DNA of 64,000 bases from Azolla caroliniana (Eukaryota; Plantae; Polypodiophyta). The position numbers and the translations under genes are program-made. Where the stretch lies: NCBI GenBank assembly GCA_043228905.1, contig JBHGNT010000015.1, forward strand, positions 14,508,001-14,572,000, in the 5' to 3' direction. The notes under the pieces are model-generated. The model was not told the DNA's origin. It saw nothing but the letters and a program-made list of their open reading frames with translations, and ran no database searches. Positions 58,401-64,000 of the stretch are shown here, in pieces. The stretch's first letter is position 1. Every line of letters begins with the position of its first letter.

Positions 58401-61400
58401 CAACCTGATCGAATGCGGGCAATATGGAAAACTCGGCCACTACGAAGAGGAGTGTCGAAATAAGAAATGACAATCACCTTCGACCAGCCGAAAACTCATG
58501 AACTATGCCACAAATTCTAACTATGATGATCGTGGTAGGATGTTCATGACGCATCATACAGTGAATTCGAGGACGGCATCGTCCCCAACAAGCACCTCCA
58601 ACTCAAAAAATGTATGGATTGTCGACTCAGGTGCATCCAATCACATGACGTCTCATGAATATTGGTTCCAAGAACTCCTAGAACGATCCGGCTATGTGGA
58701 AACAAGGGATGATACAATTCACCCATGTCAAGTAATGTCCCATTCAGAGAAGAGGGCAACCAAACCTACATCAAGAACGTTCTAACAAAAATTCTCGTCT
58801 CGGTCAGCTAGATTGTGGAACAAGGCATGCAAGTTCGATTCAATGACGGAGGATGCTTCATCGAAAAGGAAGGTCAAATTATCGCTTGGGTCGAAGAGAA
58901 GGTCAGATGTTCATTCTCGATTCTCACGAGATGAAATCGGCAACGTTTGCCAAGGGCCACAAGGCCGACACTGACATAGAATTGTGGCACAAAAGGATCG
59001 GCCACATCAATCTCCAAAAACTCAAAGGAATGCAGTCAAAATGGGTCGTCATCAGACACCCGACCCTTACCGAGAAGGAGTTTGCAAGCGTATGCGAAGC
59101 CTACCAATTTGGTAAACAACACCGAAAACCGTTCCCGAAAGAGAAGAAAGTGAGCAAAGGGATCATGGATGTAATACATTCAAATGTATGGTAACTAGCC
59201 CAAACGGCAACATTCGGTGGTTCCCGGTACTATGTGACGTTCATTGACAACTTCTCCAGACACACCTGGATATTCCCAATGCGGAAGAAGAAGAGTGAAG
59301 TGTTCTCACACTTCCAAATATTCAAAAACCAAGTCGAAAAGGCAATTGGTTGGCATGTCCAATGCCTTCGATCAGACAGCGGCAAAGAGTACTTCTATGG
59401 TGCCTTCATAGCATTCCTTCGACAAGAAGGAATCCAAGGGAGTTTACTTGCCAACACACACCTCAGCAAAACGGAGTAGATGAAAGGAAAAATCGGCACA
59501 TATTGGAGGTGGCAAGGGCAATGATGAATGAGAAAAAAATTCCGAAATCATACTGGGTTGAAGCGGCGAACACAACCATCTATCTAATGAATCGTTGCCC
59601 AACATCCAGAGTGCACGATGCCAGCCCCCACGAGAAGTTCTATGGAAAGAAGACAAACCTATCCCATGTCAGGATATTCGGCTCAATCGCATTCGTACAT
59701 ATTCCCAACGAGAAGTGGCAAAAGCTCAATCCTAAGTCGGAGAAACGCATCCTCGTGGGGTACTCGCTCAAACAAAAGGGGTATAACTGCTTCAATCCCT
59801 TTACCATGAATGTACGAGTGAGTAGGGATGTCGTATTCGACGATTTGGCATCCTGGTACACACTCGACTCGGCTCCATCTGATCCAACCAAAACTGATTT
59901 CAATATAGACTCAGAGGAGGGAGGAGGATGATCAAATAAGGATCACACCTGAGGAGAGTCCAATCTCAACCAGATTGAGTGGACCACAAGAGCCTCCAAG
60001 AGACTACAACACGTCGCGACCAAGTCCCAAATCGGACAAAGGGAAAGCCAAAATGCTTGAGTACGAAGACTCGGATGGAAACAAATCAGATCAGTCACCC
60101 ATTAGTGAGTATGGTGGATTGGATGTTCCTATCATGAGGACACCAGGTGCCAAGAAAGTGCTCACGAAGACAAGTGAACAACCACGTCGGTCCACCCGAG
60201 AAAAGAATGTAGTCAGCCGATTCGACGACAATGACTACATAGCATATCATTATGTCTTTATGATGAAAGTGGCGACAATCCGAGAGCCAGAAACATTTTC
60301 CAAATCCACGAAGGACCCACGATGGGTTGAAGTGATGAATGAGAAGATGAATGAGGAGATGCAAGCACTCTCCAAAAACGAGACATGGGATCTCGTCCCC
60401 TCTTCCCCCCACCAGAAGGCAATCAGATGTCAGTGGATATTCACGGTGAAGCACAATACCGATGGCACTGTCAATCGGTATAAGGCCCGACTTGTGGCAA
60501 AGGGCTATGTGCAAATGCACGGGGTCAATTATGAAGATACCTTTGCCCCGGTAGAAAAGATGACAACCATTCGAACTATGATCACACTTGCATCAACCAA
60601 AGGGTGGCACCTCCACCAAATGGATGTACAGAACGCCTTTCTTCAAGGTGAATTAAAAGAGGAGATGTACATGGTACAACCACCCTACTTCCAGTCAAGA
60701 ACACACCTACAAGTGGTATGCCGACTCAAAAAGCCTTTTTACATTCTCAAGCAAGCACCGAGAGCATGGCATTCGAAGATAACCCACTATCTTCAACAAA
60801 TCGGCTTCAAAATGTCCAAGTTTGACAATTCTCTATTCATCCGAAGCGACTCCAGAGGACAGGTATTTATCATAATATATGTGGATGACTTTCTCATTGG
60901 AGGAGAGCATTTAGAGGATATCGTTCATATCAAAGGCTTCTCTTCGACCGATTCGAAATGAAAGACATGAAGAAGCTACATTACTTTCTACGTATACAAG
61001 TAATTCGGACTCCTGTCGGCATCATGATCTCCCAACGACACTATATCCTCAATCTACTCTTTAAGTTTGGGATGACAAAGTGTAAGCTCGTCACTGCCCC
61101 ACTCGATCGAAACCTAAACCTAGATGTCGAGTCTAGCACCGTAGAGTGTGAGTTGGCCTTCTATTGTTAGCTAGTCGGAAACCTAATCTACCTCACCATT
61201 ACTCGACCCGACCTTAGTTACTCGGTCAGCCTCCTTAGCCAGTTTATGTTGACACCACAGAACATTCGTCTAGATTGTTCTAAGCGAGTGTTACGCTATG
61301 TACGTGGGACAATGGATTTTGGCATTCTCTACAATCAGCCACACCAATTCGACTTGAAGGGTATACCGATGCCGACTTGGTCGATTACAAAGCCGACAGA

Positions 61401-62308
61401 CGATCAACATCGGGATTCATCTTCTCCCTCAGTAGCGGAGCCATATCTTAGAGCAGTAAGAAGCAGCCGACAGTCGCACTAACGAGCATAGAAACCGAAT
61501 ATAGGGGCGCAACCGTTGCCACATGTGAAGTTGTTTGGCCCAAAAGAATATTGAAGGATTTGGGCATTCCCATCCCTTAAGGATCTAATTCTCCTCTACT
61601 ACGACAACATGAGCAGCATGCACTTGGTCGTAACCCAATATTCCATGCTCGAACTAAGCACATTGAGGTGCATTATCATTTTATTGGAGAGCGTGTCCTG
61701 GCCAGAGATATCAACCTACAACACATCAACACGAACCTACAGATGGTCGACATCTTCACGAAGGCCCTAGGAGTCGACAAGCTACGACAATTCACAACGA
61801 ACCTCAGTCTTTCGATCACCAACCTATAGAGCTTGAGGGGGAGTATGAACAGAACAGAATGAACACAGGAGTGAGTCGATCCTCCCACAACCGAAGCCAG
61901 AGCTGACTAAATGCCAATCCAAGGACCAGTCCGAACCAACTATCTGTCGATCAGAAGTTGTGTTTGAGGGGGCGTGTTGAGAATCAAACTCAACTTCCCT
62001 AGTGTGTGAACACAACTTAGGAACACCCAAGTGTGTGAACATCCCACCTCCTTTGTATCTTAATTAAAGTGTCATAGAAGTTAAGTCCTATGACACATAT
62101 TTAGGTTAAGTCTCCACCTGTTTTGTACGAGGTGGTTGTAGTGAGAGAACATAGAGAGAAGGTGACTACATAAGCACCTTCTCCTCCTCTTTGTTATTGT
62201 TGGTTCATTCTTGTTCTTGTTAATATAGTTTTCTTGTTTTCTGTATACATTCTCTCTCTCTCGCTCGCTCACTCACACACATCTCTTCCATTGCACAAAA
62301 TCATATCA
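55462..62308 (+). mobile_element. Copia C (relative of copia B), degenerate, with a LINE inside its 5' LTR
   Basis: 5' LTR 55462-57448 (interrupted), PBS TGGTATTAGAG at 57449, gag/PR (DSGAS)/IN/RT (YVDD)/RH fragments, 3' LTR 61975-62308, TSD ATATA/ATATA. Confidence 0.9.
55765..57386 (+). mobile_element. RTEX-like LINE, 5'-truncated (RT, RLSSH region, zinc finger, 3' UTR, (CT)n tail)
   Basis: FVDFKKAFD, GVKQ.CPLSP, YA.DV, FKYLG, RLSSHAL...CPKQVCESEYHTLIQC motifs. Flanked by (CT)n on both sides; absent from the partner 3' LTR. Confidence 0.85.
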
Positions 62309-62329
62309 ATATACAAATCCCAATAGAGA

Positions 62330-62800
62330 CCCAATAGTTCCATCTTATGCGAAGGTCCACTAACTCAAGAAAGGGAGAAGAGGACCATTGTTAGATGGAG
62401 GTTAATCATTGTCTTTCAACTCCATCGGACCCGCCCTTGAGGCCATCGTATTGGCTCTTTAGAGTGGCTACAACTTCACTCCATATCTCTTGTAATAATA
62501 TTGCTTGATGCACAATTTGATTGGAGAAGACTTGTCTACACCATTGTTTCCAAAGAATCCAAAGAGTTGTTAGGCTTACCAAATCCAAAGAGTTATTAGG
62601 TTGACCAATTCCAACATTTTGTCAGATGTTTCCCTACCTATTGGGATCAAATAGCCTTCCTCCTCATACTGTATCCACTTCTCCATTGTCATCCTTTGAT
62701 TAATAGATTCCCTAAGCAATAGAGCGTTCATAATTTCAGATCTCATAGTCCATCCACCTCTGATTCCATGGAGTATGTTGGCTTGATCTTGTATTCGCAA
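62330..62800 (-). mobile_element. L1-type LINE C-terminal remnant
   Basis: LWILWKQWCRQVF resembles the plant L1 W.IW..RN..VF motif. Confidence 0.5.
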
Positions 62801-62864
62801 TGACAAACCATCTCCAATTTTTTGTCTCTCTCTTGTTTGAAAAAGAGAGCATATTATTTATAGT

Positions 62865-64000
62865 TTGTTTCATATACTTCAAAAAAGCTTTGATATGATA
62901 CCCCTTGTGAGCATCTTTGGAGGTGAATAGAAGAACTCCAGATGCCAAATGAATATATGCTTGTAATTTCCAAATTTTTAGATTCAGTTCTACATTGTGT
63001 GCATATGGGTAATAGGTTTTCAAATTTTTTCAATTGCACTATTGGTGTTGAGCAAGGATACCCACTCTCACCAAATCTATTTGGTCTATGCATTGATAAA
63101 TAGGAAGAAATGGTTGCCAGGTTTGTAAAGGAAGGTGTTGAAGAAGTTGCCATTAGGAATATAGTCATTATGCTTTTGCTATATGTGGATGATGTAGTGC
63201 TTTTTGTAAATATTTTAGGAGATGTACAAAAGCTTATAAAGACACTAGAAAAAAATTGCATATATACTAAAATAAGTGTCAATAGATTTGAAACAAAGAT
63301 TATGCTTCTAAAGAGCCAAAAAAGAGATAAACCATGCATTATGTACAATAATGAGCTAGTGGAATGTGTGGAAAGCTTAAAATATCTTGGCGTTGAAGTT
63401 CCTTCAAATCATAGATGAAATGAATATGTTAACCATCACCTAGAGGCGAGAAAGAGATCATAATAATGGAGAAATTAAGTGTTGGGTCCTCAAGGAATAC
63501 TTTTTTGACATTTTGGTTACCTCGATGCCTCTTTATAGGGTGAAAGTATGGGTTGGTAACATCCCTAAATCTACAAGCTAAGAAACAAACACTCCTTGAG
63601 ACAAGATCAATTCCCATTGAGATCATGGCCATGAAAACAATTGTTGAATACAAGCTTAAGGTTCAAAAAAGAACTTCGGATAGACTTCCTAGAATCGCAT
63701 GGGCAATAAGCAAAGAGTTCCAAAAGACACATAAAAGCATAATTTTGTGTTCCAATTAGATGCAAGATATGGAAAAATGGTTTGGTAGATGGGATGTAAC
63801 ATACTTCATTATTGCATCATTAGACTCCTCTAGACATGAGGCCTTTTTGCAACAACATGGGGGGAACGTGTAGGCTCACGTTGCATGCATTATACTACAC
63901 GTTGCACCTAATTACAAAACCATATTCTTCACCGAATAGGGAGACAATACACATCGATACATGTTAGAGCCCATCTCGTTGGCTACCATCCAAACCATTG
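62865..64000 (+). mobile_element. RTEX-like LINE copy, degenerate, runs off the window end
   Basis: GVEQGYPLSP, LLYVDDVVLF, KYLG motifs; colinear with 55830-57015. Confidence 0.85.

Overview
Eukaryotic nuclear DNA from a land plant, most likely a non-seed plant (fern, lycophyte or bryophyte). That assignment is an inference from the Tcn1-like, RTEX-like and Sola-like elements present. One intact host gene lies in a TE-poor island at about 13.5-30.8 kb: a 9-coding-exon PB1-domain B4 Raf-like MAP3K of about 1491 aa (+ strand, 17446-27980). Both flanks are nested transposon stacks. On the left, a Tork/Tnt1-like copia contains a Tcn1-like chromovirus, which contains a tRNA-Trp-primed non-chromoviral Ty3/gypsy; several solo LTRs are also present. 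On the right are a truncated Tcn1-like element and a Sola-like DNA transposon split by a 19.5-kb copia. That copia holds a second copia, a Sola-like TIR derivative with a ~150-bp palindrome array, and an internally deleted copia. A further copia and RTEX/L1 LINE fragments follow. Most notable: (1) antisense tRNA-like A-box/B-box (Pol III) cassettes in the U3 of LTRs from two unrelated Ty3/gypsy lineages (4 copies); (2) an RTEX-like LINE inserted independently at the same CT/CA tract of two copia LTRs; (3) the cruciform-forming 150-bp array; (4) two candidate -1 frameshift signals. All coordinates and counts were read by eye; no database searches were run.
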